64,000 nucleotides of DNA from Paraphysomonas bandaiensis (lineage: Eukaryota; Protista; Chrysophyceae). The position numbers and the translations under genes are program-made. This document shows, one piece after another, positions 37,610 to 49,085 of the stretch. The notes beneath the pieces are model-generated. The model ran no database searches. It was not told where the DNA came from and worked only from the letters and a program-made list of their open reading frames with translations. The first letter of the stretch is position 1. Each line of letters opens with the position of its first letter. The stretch covers positions 62,001 to 126,000 of the forward strand of contig CBFFRP010000296.1 of assembly GCA_965644295.1 (NCBI GenBank), in the 5' to 3' direction.

Positions 37610-37925
37610 TTATCACCACAGTTATATACCTCGCAATTGCTATTCCCTCAGTATCCTTCTGTGGAAGGGGTACCGTTGTTGTAGCTATTACATGAATTTG
37701 AGGGTTTATTATTGTGGGTTAGCTTAGTACAGTTGTAATTCGCTAAGCTTATGTATAGATCCCACTCTGACTTTTCATTCGTTTTTTAATTTCAGTCGAG
37801 AGCATCTACTACTATACACTCTAGATAAATTAGACTTTAAGCATCATGAGGGTAAAAGCTACAATTTAATCTGCTGGAGATAAGGAGTAATATATACTTT
37901 GTTCAAATTTTAAAACTCGGACTTT
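37610..37925 (+). repeat. Dispersed repeat (family R2), also at about 44720-45070
   Basis: Shared blocks ttatca.caca, atccttctgtgg.aagg, aaaagctacaatttaa and ttttaaaactcg appear in the same order in both places. Confidence 0.65.
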
Positions 37926-38090
37926 TGACCTCCTAATTTAACCGAACGTTGTATATAGTATATACACCGGTGTCAATTTTAAACCTACTAAATTATCCAT
38001 TAGTTCCTACTATAAAATTATACTTTTAGTAGCACAGCATTGACTGAATTACGTTATAAGAGAGATATAGCAAATTTGATGTTGTAGCAC

Positions 38091-38502
38091 TGTGATTGAG
38101 GAACCACGTCAATCACCAACACCAACATTCTGTTCCACAAATCGCATCTTTAAGAGCTACTATATTTTCAGTTTCTTTGTATACTTGTAATCGCTACTCC
38201 TATAGTGTAGAAAAAACAAGGAGAGGGAGGGAGCGAGCCCCTTTTCTACCCCCCAACCCCCCTCAAGGTTTATAGTTTATAAATACAACTCTTCGGGTTC
38301 TATTTCTCTCTCCTTGATAGTTTCTTTTTATATTATTTACATTAATATAATTTACTTTATATATTATTTATATTCTTATGATATAATTAATTACTCTATA
38401 CATTATTTTTATCTTTATATAATATTTGTAGTCTTCTGTATATTTTATCTACATAGAATACAGAATAGCTACTAGCAATAGGCTTCAACAAGCTTCAAGT
38501 AC
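38091..38502 (+). mobile_element. Probable solo LTR insertion with 4-bp TSD GCAC
   Basis: It starts TGTGA and has an internal TATAAATA. It is flanked by GCAC (38087-90 and 38503-06), and the uninterrupted host sequence is visible as the reverse complement at 32521-32570. The 3' end reads ..AGTAC rather than CA. Confidence 0.6.
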
Positions 38503-39183
38503 GCACGTAGGAGTTGGTTGTAGTTCAATACCTATTCAGCTTGGCAGATGTTCTTAATAAACTAGAAATGGCAGTTGAGCTGTATTTAGTATTTAAATTG
38601 AGTAGAATCGAACAAAATTCTTAACTTTGTAGGAATGTCTGAGAAGTTTAGTAGGCTCAGCTGCCATTTTAAGTTTACTTTAGCAAAATTTCGTTGCAAC
38701 AAATGACACTTTTTAGTTTAGTAGGAACGTGGGTTAAATTTACTAATACCAATTAATTCCAGTCAATATATTTCAGTTTCAGTACTATTATTCCTATCAT
38801 ATCTCTAGTTCATGTACTACTCTTAACCACTTCTGTACTCTTCAAGTAACGATCATAATTCATAATTCAATTACTTTAAAATACAGATTTCCATTGCTTA
38901 CAAACCGCAAAACTGCACTTTCATGACGAGGTTGTATCAACGAAATTAACTCCAACAACACTGCTATTGCCAAAAGTTGTTTACCTATCCCTGGTATACG
39001 TATGGCGATATACTTCTGTACCGTAGAAAGTTGTATACAAAAGTACTAAAGTCCATCATCAGAGAAAAAAATTGCTTAGGAGACGGTAGAGCTCCGATAA
39101 ATTCAATTAAGCGACACACCACAAAAGAAATACTTTGAAAAGTATACAATAAGTCAATAAGTATAAGGTAGGGCATGAGTTCT

Positions 39184-40578
39184 TTAAACCAAAGGTGAGC
39201 ACTGCGGGCACCCACCCTGCAGAACTTCGAAGGCTGCCATGCTCTCTGTTAGAGGAATTCCAGTATTTTCTAAACAATTCGTCACATCACAGCATACAGT
39301 TTGGTTTGCTGGATAGCTAACATTCTTTTCCACATCCCAAAACAAATCCGCTGGAGAAGATGCGAAATATTGAAGAGTGCTGAGAGCTTGGGCTCCGAAG
39401 TAATATGCATCAGAGAGTGAAGTATAAAAGGAATTCATGACAAAACAGTGATTTTCATCCATTGAAATGGAATTATTAACAGCAAAATTTAGCATATCCT
39501 CACACTGGTACTGCCATAGGATAGATTCATTATCGCCCAGTTCTATGGCATTCTCCTCATAGCCATACATTAGGATTTTGGCAACGTCATAAGAATTATG
39601 GTTGTTTAAGTCCCCTTCTGCGGTCAGCCAGCCATACGGGTATCTGTTGTCTCGCATATTCCTTACAGTATATAAAGTGCGATCTAAATATGGGGTGTGG
39701 CCTCTATTGTACGAGACCGTGTGAAATGTCATGCTCAAGTCGGATCCGCAAACTATTTCTTCCGTAAAGCAACTGAGAGGCTGCACCGACGGACTTTCAA
39801 AAACTATAGCAGTACGGTTAACAAATCTTTCTCCCCACATACCTGTTTTCGTGTCCTGAGCTACACTTTCTTCACCAATAAAATAATCAGAATAATAGGA
39901 CGCAAATTCATCGGTAATATTAAAACCGATTTCTTGTGAGTACTTAGAGATATATTCTCGGTAATAGCTCTTGAACACAAGCTGGTGCCATGTACCAGTT
40001 TGTCCACCAAGCTCCTCGCGATTGTTCACAGGAGGTAAGGCTTCGTTCAAAATGTCAGTAGTGAGTATAGAGTTCCAATAATCTCGCATTCGGTACCAAG
40101 ATTGTGATATGTTGTAGACGAATCGGAGTGGATACTTGGGCGGTTTATCAGCTTCCATCAGTTGCCCCAAAGGTCCTATCATATAACCAACTTTATTGAA
40201 CCAGAAATCATAACATGGACCCCAACTGCCATCAGTCTGTTGATCGCGTGCCCATGATTGATTCTTATCACTGAGGGAACTCTCTAAGTCAGCCAATCGG
40301 CGATATGCGTAATCAAAAGAGCATGTGTAGTTGATGAGGTACTTGGCGTCCTCGTAAATCTGTTGGCTGCACTCCATACCATTGTTATCAACCTGCAATG
40401 ATACAAGTTCATCATGCAGCTTGTTACTTCGTTCATAGAGCCGGTCTCGTTGATATATATAGTCACTGCCGCAGCGCACTGTGAACTGTCTGTCCATCAT
40501 CCCGTATATGTCCTCTGCAGCACTGTAACAGCACACGCTAATGAAGAGGACAGCTAATTGCAAATAAGAAAAGCACAT
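39184..40578 (-). CDS. Secreted protein of unknown function, 464 aa, with a QxxDGSWG (alpha/alpha-toroid-type) motif
   Basis: Signal peptide MCFSYLQLAVLFISVCCYSAA; intronless. Motifs include QQTDGSWGPCY, QDTKTGMWG, DLSMTFHTVSY, YPYGW and NNHNSYDV, plus many N-glycosylation sequons. Confidence 0.85.
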   Translation of the reverse strand: MCFSYLQLAVLFISVCCYSAAEDIYGMMDRQFTVRCGSDYIYQRDRLYERSNKLHDELVSLQVDNNGMECSQQIYEDAKYLINYTCSFDYAYRRLADLESSLSDKNQSWARDQQTDGSWGPCYDFWFNKVGYMIGPLGQLMEADKPPKYPLRFVYNISQSWYRMRDYWNSILTTDILNEALPPVNNREELGGQTGTWHQLVFKSYYREYISKYSQEIGFNITDEFASYYSDYFIGEESVAQDTKTGMWGERFVNRTAIVFESPSVQPLSCFTEEIVCGSDLSMTFHTVSYNRGHTPYLDRTLYTVRNMRDNRYPYGWLTAEGDLNNHNSYDVAKILMYGYEENAIELGDNESILWQYQCEDMLNFAVNNSISMDENHCFVMNSFYTSLSDAYYFGAQALSTLQYFASSPADLFWDVEKNVSYPANQTVCCDVTNCLENTGIPLTESMAAFEVLQGGCPQCSPLV

Positions 40579-40980
40579 GGCACTTATGCCTTATAGGAGG
40601 GAATGAACTGAACTGATGAAGAACAACAAGAAGAGATCCGCCCACTGCCTGCCTGCCTCGTCCTGGCTGCACAAGAAGAAACAAGCACAGGCCTCAGTCG
40701 TAGGAGTGGGCGCGATACAGAACACAGAAATGCAGCATTTCTTGGATTCCTGCAATAAAAATACCACATTTCTAGATTTACATGGTACGAAGATATACAG
40801 CAGTATACATTCAAAAAGATACGCATTCTAATTGCTGATTGGTTAATTTCATTTTGGTGCAGTGTCTCTTCAAGATATCTCTCGCCTTTTCAAGATTTCA
40901 TAGTTACGGTGGCAGTTGCAACGCTTTGCAACATCTTTTGTAATCAACTAGACACCAAAATCACAAACATCGAAGTGACC

Positions 40981-43113
40981 ATGATGAAAACTGCGTTAAT
41001 TACAGCATTGGCTGCCAATGCCGCCAGCATTGTTAATGCCGAGTGTGCAAATGCATGCAATGGGCACGGAAGTTGCACCAGTTATGATATGTGCGATTGC
41101 AACAGGAACTGGCAGGCTAATGACTGTTCAGAGCGTGTTTGCCAGTATGGTCTGGCACACGTTGATACCCCAAAGGGAGATTTGAACCACGATAATGTCA
41201 TTGAAGGCCCTGACAATATCATTGTTGAGAATGCCTTTAAGTATCCTTTTGGAACCACTGAGCAGTTTCCCCGCATGCAGGATTCGGATCTTGCTGACCT
41301 CGAGAATTCAGCCCACTACTACATGGAATGCTCTAATAAGGGAACCTGTAACAGAGAAACTGGTACTTGTGAGTGCTTTCCTGGATATGATGGTGCAGCA
41401 TGTCAGCGTGCTTCTTGCCCTGGATACCCAGAGTCCTGCTCTGGGCATGGTGTTTGCAAAACCATTCGCCAGTTGGCCAATGCCGATTACGGCAATATTT
41501 ACGAGCTTTGGGACAGAGATGTAACAATGGGGTGTGAGTGTGACAAGGGATTTTATGGTCCTGACTGCTCTTTGAGAGAGTGCAAGTATGAGATCGACCC
41601 TCTTTACTATGATGATACCGCTACTATTAAATATTCTGTCTTCGACTTCGCCATCCTCACCACTGGAAGTCTGCAGACAGATTTCACCAATGGTATGTCT
41701 GATTCTAGCACAGCTTACTGGGCGATCAAGTTCTATGATATGCACGGTGAGGACTGGACTACTAGACCTATTCCTGAGGGAGCTCAGTGCGCCGAGGTCT
41801 TGGATGCCCTGGCTGACCTTCCCAATGATGTTATCCCTCGAATGGATTCCACGTGGTGCACGAGAACTGCCAGGGACAATGCTGAGAGTCTTGATGGTGG
41901 TTTCGATAGCACTGATGCACTTACCTATGATACTGCTCGTCCTATTGCATACCCTCTTGGATTCTGGCTTGCCGATGGTGTCACACGCAACACAACCTCA
42001 TTTGATAACGTAGAGGCTCCTGAGTTCTCTGGTTACATTTACCGCATTCACTTCAACAACAACCCAGGAAAACTTAGACAACCTGAGATCGATATCTACC
42101 TTGATGGTAAGCGCCCCACTCTCAGCTCAGATCCCGAAAACACTGACGAGATCGTCACACGTGTGTGGACCGACGGGCAGCAGGGTGAGAACATTGATTA
42201 CTTCGGCGACCACTGCGATGGTGTCACTGTTACACTGGACTTTACTGATGGAACTGGAACTGTCCTCGCTGGTCTTGATGCTACTGAGACCGCACTTCTT
42301 AAGGCATGTCTCGGAACCTCTGATTTTGATCCCAATAACAATGTTGAGATCTACGACTGGGACCATGGTAGCGAGATGTATCCCCATCTTATCAAGCTTG
42401 TCCTTTCAGTGACCAGCTCAGCTGATGGAGGGTACTACGCTGCATTATACTACGACGGAACTAACTTTAACCTCCTTAATCCCATCCGCGGTCCTGATCA
42501 GGACGAGAGTGACATGTTCGAGGTGTACACGACTAAGGGTGTGCTCGCTCGTACGTCCAACAAGACCGAGGCACACTTTGGATTCGCTTCTCAGGAAATT
42601 GTCATGACTAACACAACCTGGGAGTACCATGAGGGTAGGGTATCTTTCGATGGTGATGTTTCTTGCGAGGTCAATGATAACAACCGTTACAAGCTTGAGT
42701 ACATTGACCACTGCTTGAACAAGTCTGATATCATTACCTTCCTTACTTTTGACGACCTCTCCCGCAACCCTCCTCACATTAACCTTTACACTGTTGAGAA
42801 GATCTGGACAAAGCAATACCAGGCCAACTCTACAGATACCTTCCCCACTCTTGCCAAGGACGTCCATCAACGATTTGGTACTCACGTCATCGAGACAGAC
42901 CTTTCCACCAACTGGGCTGCTGATAATGCCATCGAACCAAACAACCCTCTTAACTTTAACATCTACAAGTTCTTCCCTGACGAGACAAGCAACTATGAGT
43001 ACGTCGCTCAGTGCTCCAATAGAGGAATCTGCAACACTGACGAGGGGTTGTGTGAGTGCTTCTCTGGCTACACTGGTGATGCATGCCAGACTCAAGCCAG
43101 CCTTGCTGTGTAA
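40981..43113 (+). CDS. Tubular mastigoneme protein, Sig1/Ocm1 family (EGF-like Cys-rich)
   Basis: Signal peptide; ECANACNGHGSC..CQYGLAHVDTPKGDLN..YPFGTTEQFP..AHYYMECSNKGTCNRETGTCECFPGYDGAACQRASCP..CSGHGVC; C-terminal CSNRGICNTDEGLCECFSGYTGDAC. This is the four Cys-rich EGF-like block layout of stramenopile flagellar hair proteins. Confidence 0.93.
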   Translation: MMKTALITALAANAASIVNAECANACNGHGSCTSYDMCDCNRNWQANDCSERVCQYGLAHVDTPKGDLNHDNVIEGPDNIIVENAFKYPFGTTEQFPRMQDSDLADLENSAHYYMECSNKGTCNRETGTCECFPGYDGAACQRASCPGYPESCSGHGVCKTIRQLANADYGNIYELWDRDVTMGCECDKGFYGPDCSLRECKYEIDPLYYDDTATIKYSVFDFAILTTGSLQTDFTNGMSDSSTAYWAIKFYDMHGEDWTTRPIPEGAQCAEVLDALADLPNDVIPRMDSTWCTRTARDNAESLDGGFDSTDALTYDTARPIAYPLGFWLADGVTRNTTSFDNVEAPEFSGYIYRIHFNNNPGKLRQPEIDIYLDGKRPTLSSDPENTDEIVTRVWTDGQQGENIDYFGDHCDGVTVTLDFTDGTGTVLAGLDATETALLKACLGTSDFDPNNNVEIYDWDHGSEMYPHLIKLVLSVTSSADGGYYAALYYDGTNFNLLNPIRGPDQDESDMFEVYTTKGVLARTSNKTEAHFGFASQEIVMTNTTWEYHEGRVSFDGDVSCEVNDNNRYKLEYIDHCLNKSDIITFLTFDDLSRNPPHINLYTVEKIWTKQYQANSTDTFPTLAKDVHQRFGTHVIETDLSTNWAADNAIEPNNPLNFNIYKFFPDETSNYEYVAQCSNRGICNTDEGLCECFSGYTGDACQTQASLAV

Positions 43114-45699
43114 ATCCTTGCTTTTGTAGTATCTCATTCAATTTTCATGGTGTCTGGTGAATAATAGTAACATATAATAACCATCCATATATTATTTACT
43201 AGTTTATATTTTACGTGGACCGTCTTGAATCTTATATTCTGCTTTTCTTTATTTATGTATTGTACTATGCTGTTGTTTCTTATTTTGGTACCTAAAGCGT
43301 AGACAAGCTACTCGAATAGTACAAATATAGAATTTAGTTATTAGTTGCAGTATTACACTGCCTTGTTAAGCTTTTGCCATAATATGTTCTTCGACTTTCA
43401 CGATACGACACAGCAGTTACTAAGTAAATTATACATTATACAATACTTTTATACCTGCAAACTGCACACACGTCGCGACGATTCATAAAAATATATAAAT
43501 TTATTGTGGAAAAAGGATGATATTATTATTACGAGCATAATTAATTATTAATGTGCATCACAGCCAGTATCGGCTTATATCTTATATTGCAACTGTCGAG
43601 TTCTACTATGTAATAGAAGTGATGTTAACGAAGTAAATAATAAAGGTCACTACGTATAAATATTAACTTTTGCACGAATAGAAAGCTCGCTGTGGCTAGG
43701 TATTGTACAGTTGAGGTTAGCTTATGGTTAAGTAATCTAAATATTATAGTATAAACATTGGTAAAGAATACAGTAAATTATGATGGTATTATATATAGAT
43801 TAAAGAAATGCTATTAGATATTATATTAAATACAGTGATGCGATATTGTGACAACTATAATACAACACCGTAAATACTATTGGCTCGAAGAGCATCAAAT
43901 CAAACATTATAACACAATAGTGAATTCATATATATTATATATAAACTTGAAACAGTGTATGTTTTTTATTTACCTCTATCAGGCCTTAACAGTATAGTGG
44001 TATATAGTGAGATAGTATATTGGTATATAGAGTGAGATGGTTATAGTTCATACTTGTGAACTGTATGCAATATATATATGTGTAGTCGGTGACTTTTATA
44101 GCTGTAAAACTGAAGTAATATGGAAGAAATTAGTAAAAAGTATTATAAATTAACAGTTACTTATTGTGCATACTTATACCCTTTTCCAACCATCATCAAA
44201 AATTTTACCAGGTTTTGGTATTACCTCGACTTACAGTAGTTGGATGGTAAAATAAATAACTTCAGTAACTGAATGTAGTATATTGTCTCAATAATCTATT
44301 AGTAGAATTGTAATCAATATCATCTGATATATATATATATTGTTAATTGTGATGCAACTAAATTCATGTTGTCTCTACTACCAATAAATATTCATATCTT
44401 AGACAATACGATTTTACACAGTGAAGGTATTTTAGTTTTTCTCTAACATAAATAATATCATAATATTATTAATTTAATTCATGTTCTGCAGTTTTCAACT
44501 GTTGTATTTTCAGCTAAAAGTCATAAAACAATCTGGCCTTATATTTTTGGATGTTACCTAGTAGGATGTCTCTAATCAGCTTGTGAACATTCATATATCA
44601 TATACACAGCATTCGAGTCAGTTACACTAGCAAGGGCTATAAGCATGATGTATGTGTCTGTACATAAAAAAGATGCTGATGCGAATTATAGTCTCGTGCG
44701 TCTACAATATATGTTATATTTATCATCACACTTATGTACGAATTTGAATATCTCGCAGTAGATATTTCCTCAGAATCCTTCTGTGGTAAGGCTACATTTG
44801 TTGTTGTAGTAGCTATATTATAGAAATTTTAGGATTTACAGTTATGAGTTAATCTTGTATATAATTATCCTTTGATTTTTCATTCGGTTTGTTAATGTTA
44901 ATAATCAAGAGGGAACACCTACTTCCTCTTACAACAAGCAAGCTACAAATAGGTATACACAATCTAGATATATATATATTAGGTTTTCAACATCATGTTG
45001 TGGATAAAAGCTACAATTTAACCTCTAGTTAAGGAGTATTTTTCTTTGCCCAAGTTTTAAAACTCGAGACACAATATATAGTCTCCTTATTACCCGTAGT
45101 TAAATAAAACTAACATTGCTGCTTTGAAGTCGTTCTCTTTGACTAAATTAATATTTATATAGAATATATAGTATAAACAAACACTACTACACTTACTATA
45201 ACATTTACGCTATAATAATGCTGTCCATCATTATATTTGATGTTGTCATTAGTATTGTTGCTATATACCTGAGTATTATACTTGTTAAATTAAAAATATA
45301 TATTACATCATGTCGCTGCTTACTTCAAAACTAATACCTCTACAATTGTCTATATGTTAGAGACTTGTACGTCACACTACCCCCGGATTCACTAAACATC
45401 ATTACTGAACAGCTTGAATTCAACAGGCAGCTCAATGAAGTTATATACTGACTATATACAATATGCGGCTCACGCTAGTTTCGGAGAAACACCAGTTTTT
45501 TTTTCTGCCCAAATGCTAGTGTGGTACAAGGTACAAGGTTCAAGGTTCAATATATATATATTAATAACATAATAACATATATATATCATCAATCATTATG
45601 CTTCATTATTGATAATTATGTCTTTCTTTATCTTTTGAATGGATATATAAGTACTACAAGGGACACTACTAACTGTCGCTTGTGTAGACGTCTTTTGTA

Positions 45700-45922
45700 C
45701 AGGGTTCCCTGATGAAGTCAAGGAATTTCTGCTTGCTCACTGCGTTCACTATGAGTGATAGAGCGAAAGTGGTTGCTCCTTGGTGCTTGCAGTGCAGTGA
45801 CGCACAAGCAGCTTTTGTAGCGTTAAATAGTAGGATATCAGAGTTAAGCACCAGTTAGTTAAATTGCTACATTAGTTCTAACTCTTACACGCTTACTCCT
45901 TAAAATCAAACATTCACTACTA
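45700..45922 (+). mobile_element. SINE-like family R1, 5'-truncated copy
   Basis: gtgatagagcgaaagtggttgctccttggtgcttgc..gacgcacaagcagc..taggatatcagagttaagc..acattcactact. Confidence 0.75.
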
Positions 45923-46048
45923 AACGAATGAACGCGGCACTGGAAATTTATATACCATGTAGGCATGATTAGCAACTACAGTTAATAAAATTAATACTCG
46001 TGAAAGTGTGGCATAATATACAAATTGATAATGCTGCTACTGCTACGT

Positions 46049-48627
46049 CTAAAATGTGTCATCGTCAAAGTCATCGTCGCTTCCACCTTCAGTTTTAAAT
46101 ATGTCATCATCCACAAACCAATTCAGACCACTGTCATCGGATTTGGGGAGCTGATCGTCTATTTCTGTACACGGAATGCTCAATATTCCAGGTGCACATA
46201 AATCTTGGTCAGATGTCAACCATTCACTATTACTTTTCGACTTAAATGATAGTTCCTCACTACGTTCAACAGAGGTATTTCCTGAGACTGGAGTGGTGGA
46301 AGGAAACCTAGATTTTGATGTTCTTATGCTGTTCCAGACTGCTTGAATCGGACCAAACCAACTCGAAATCCCCACTCCAGATGTTGTGATCTCACTCTCT
46401 TTCCCCCGATATTTCGTAGGCCTATGACCCCACTCTACCATATCACCGAGAGTCCGCGTTTGCTTTACTTCATCCTTTGCACTAGAGCTACTCGTTTTCG
46501 TTTGATACAACACAGGGAAAGTAGATTCTGGGAAGTAGGATCTCATCGCATCCTCCGCACCTCCCACCGAGTCCGACCCTAAAACACGCTCACAGGAAAG
46601 GCTAGCAACAGGCTCTGTGTCACCGTTACTGGCTTGTTCAAGCTCATCGGCCACATCAGCAAACCAGTCCAGCGATTGAACTGGCTCACTTAAAGTAACA
46701 TGTATGTCCTCACATACAGTATCTTCTTCAGGTGGTACTGTCTTGGTGTATATACCTTGTTTTCGTCTACGCATATACGTTCGGACCAGCAATACAATGA
46801 ACAGTATTGACACTATCGGGATAAGAATAAGCCCCATCAATACCGCATCATCACCCGCATACGGGTTAATCACGACGCGTTTGGATATACTCGCAGCAGT
46901 CGGTACCTACATTCTCTTAGAAGTAGTAAAATCAACATCTACATTCCATACCGGGGTTGGAGGAAGTGCTTGAACAAAGCCCTCCAGTGTTATTTCACCA
47001 CGGAAAAGAGCCTCCGATGCTGAGGAGTAAGCATTCGTGAAGCATATCTACTATTCATGAGTACAGATAGTGTACATTGGTAATAACCCACCTCTCGTAC
47101 ACTGAAACCAGAAACTCTGGCCTCGTGAAGAGCAACTTGAGCACTGTACACTCCGTCTTCTCCACTGTTCAATTCAGATGGCCAATACGTTAGCCAGTCG
47201 CAAGTAAGGAAACTAAGATCAGAAGCAGTACCACCAACTTGAACACAGTAATCACTACTCGCATCATTTATAGACACGAGCAAATCAGAGGCCCACGACA
47301 CGCCGTTGCCCGCGAATTGTAAATCCAAAGATATATTTTGCAGATACCCTCCTGCGGAAACTTCAATGCATCCCGATTCACCACCACGAAGATTAAGTTC
47401 AAAATAGATGTGGGATATCTCCCCAAGACTAGACAAATCGGACACCTGAATTCTTGCACTAGATGGAGCGAAAGATATGGATGGGACAGACGAAGGCGAT
47501 ATTGAGGGTACAGGAAGAATTATTTCACAATCCCTCACCAGGGAGCCAAGAGTGAGATCTCCGGTATAGTGAACGACGCCTGCCTGTGGAAAACTGTTCA
47601 TTAGACAAGCCCTATAAAGTCCACTACCAGATATATTGAAATCCATGAGGTTCATATCTGCATAGTTTTCACTGTAGCTTCGAATGGACTGCCAAGAATC
47701 AGGCCACGACAAGAACTCATAGCCCGAGGAGCTGTCCTCCTTATACATATCTCCTCCTAACCATATGCCCCTACCAGATGAAACCTGTTGAACACTGACT
47801 GTCATATCGTAAGGGCCAGCCACACCAGGATACGACCTGAGAAATGTCATATCAATAACTGCCCTGTCCATATGTCCACTGGCGGAAACAGTCAGACATA
47901 TCTGTTCGTTAGCACCGAGCAGTGCGTCAAAAGACAGAATAAGCACATCATCACAAGACGACGTGACCGCCAGAGGTACAGAAGAGGGTGGTGCAGATAC
48001 TGTGGGGGAAACAGTAGATAACTTCGTAGGGTGAAGTGTTGGTGATCGAGTAGGTGGTGTAAGCGAGGGTGCGACAGTGGCTGTTGGGCTAGCTGTAGCG
48101 GATGCACCGGTCACTATCAAATCTGACTCAAAGAAGTCTATCTGGGATTGATAGCGCACTTGAGAAACTGATCCAAACCACCCGTTTCCAACACATAGTT
48201 TCCATTCATGTTCACCAGACAGCAAACCAATACTAAATTTATCGAAATGAAACCCCTCAACGCTCTCATTCCAACCCTGCGAGTCCCATGGGCCTGCATA
48301 AAGACACCCTTCCATTACATTGCGAAACCCTCCTCGATGAACACAGCCCAGAGTCTTTCCGTTTTCATCTTCAGTTGAGAGAGTCATAAACATGTCAGAG
48401 GCCTGTGCCAGCACCTCATTCTTCGGCTCAAAATAGAGCTGACAGGTGATGTCAGTCACTGAGCCACTAGCGATGAAACGAATACACTCAGTATCCTCAG
48501 ATGATGCACTCATATCAACGTGAAACAGGGGCTTACGGCCAATACCATTCTCCTCTCGGATTGTCCCCATGACCAGGGATACTAACTGAATAATCCATGC
48601 ACCCCTTACGACGCACTGAGGAAACAT
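46049..48627 (-). CDS. Type I membrane protein with three repeated Cys/Trp-containing ectodomains
   Basis: The two ORFs are joined by introns 47048-47091 and 46907-46951. Signal peptide; three roughly 120-aa domains (C...ASG/AGG...ASD/PYD...GG...WP..W...C..N...Y.G) separated by P/T/S linkers; TM AVLMGLILIPIVSILFIVLLV followed by RRRK; acidic tail. Confidence 0.82.
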
Positions 48628-49085
48628 TGGGGGACCGGACAGTACCCTTGCTCCTACCCGTCACTAGCTATGCAAGGCTATATTTCATGAAGAGATAGAC
48701 GAGACAGGTGTATGTGATATGCGGAGAGTTAATGATTCTCTCATCTGCCTCTTATCGCCTCGTGGTTATGTAAGTGGAGGCCTTGACTGTGCATTCGGGG
48801 CGTCCTGTTTGCCCCAACTTACATGAAATTTTGTCGGAATTTTTTTATAAACTACCGCATGAGGCCCAGAAATACATCAGAATATGCATGCGTATAGGTA
48901 TACACAATTGGAGTCTAGAAACTAGAGATATTCTCTCAAAATCCGGATATTATCAAGTGATCCACCAATACGAAATACACGGCACTACTCCTGGTACTGC
49001 ACAGTGATGTGTGATGTGCGTGATGTTATTGCTTGACTGTGATAACAACACTTGACACATACGTTATATCTTTATATCTGCTACC

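Noticed and set aside
43200-45500. Long AT-rich stretch
   Set aside because: No ORF, RNA gene or periodicity seen beyond decayed repeat fragments.
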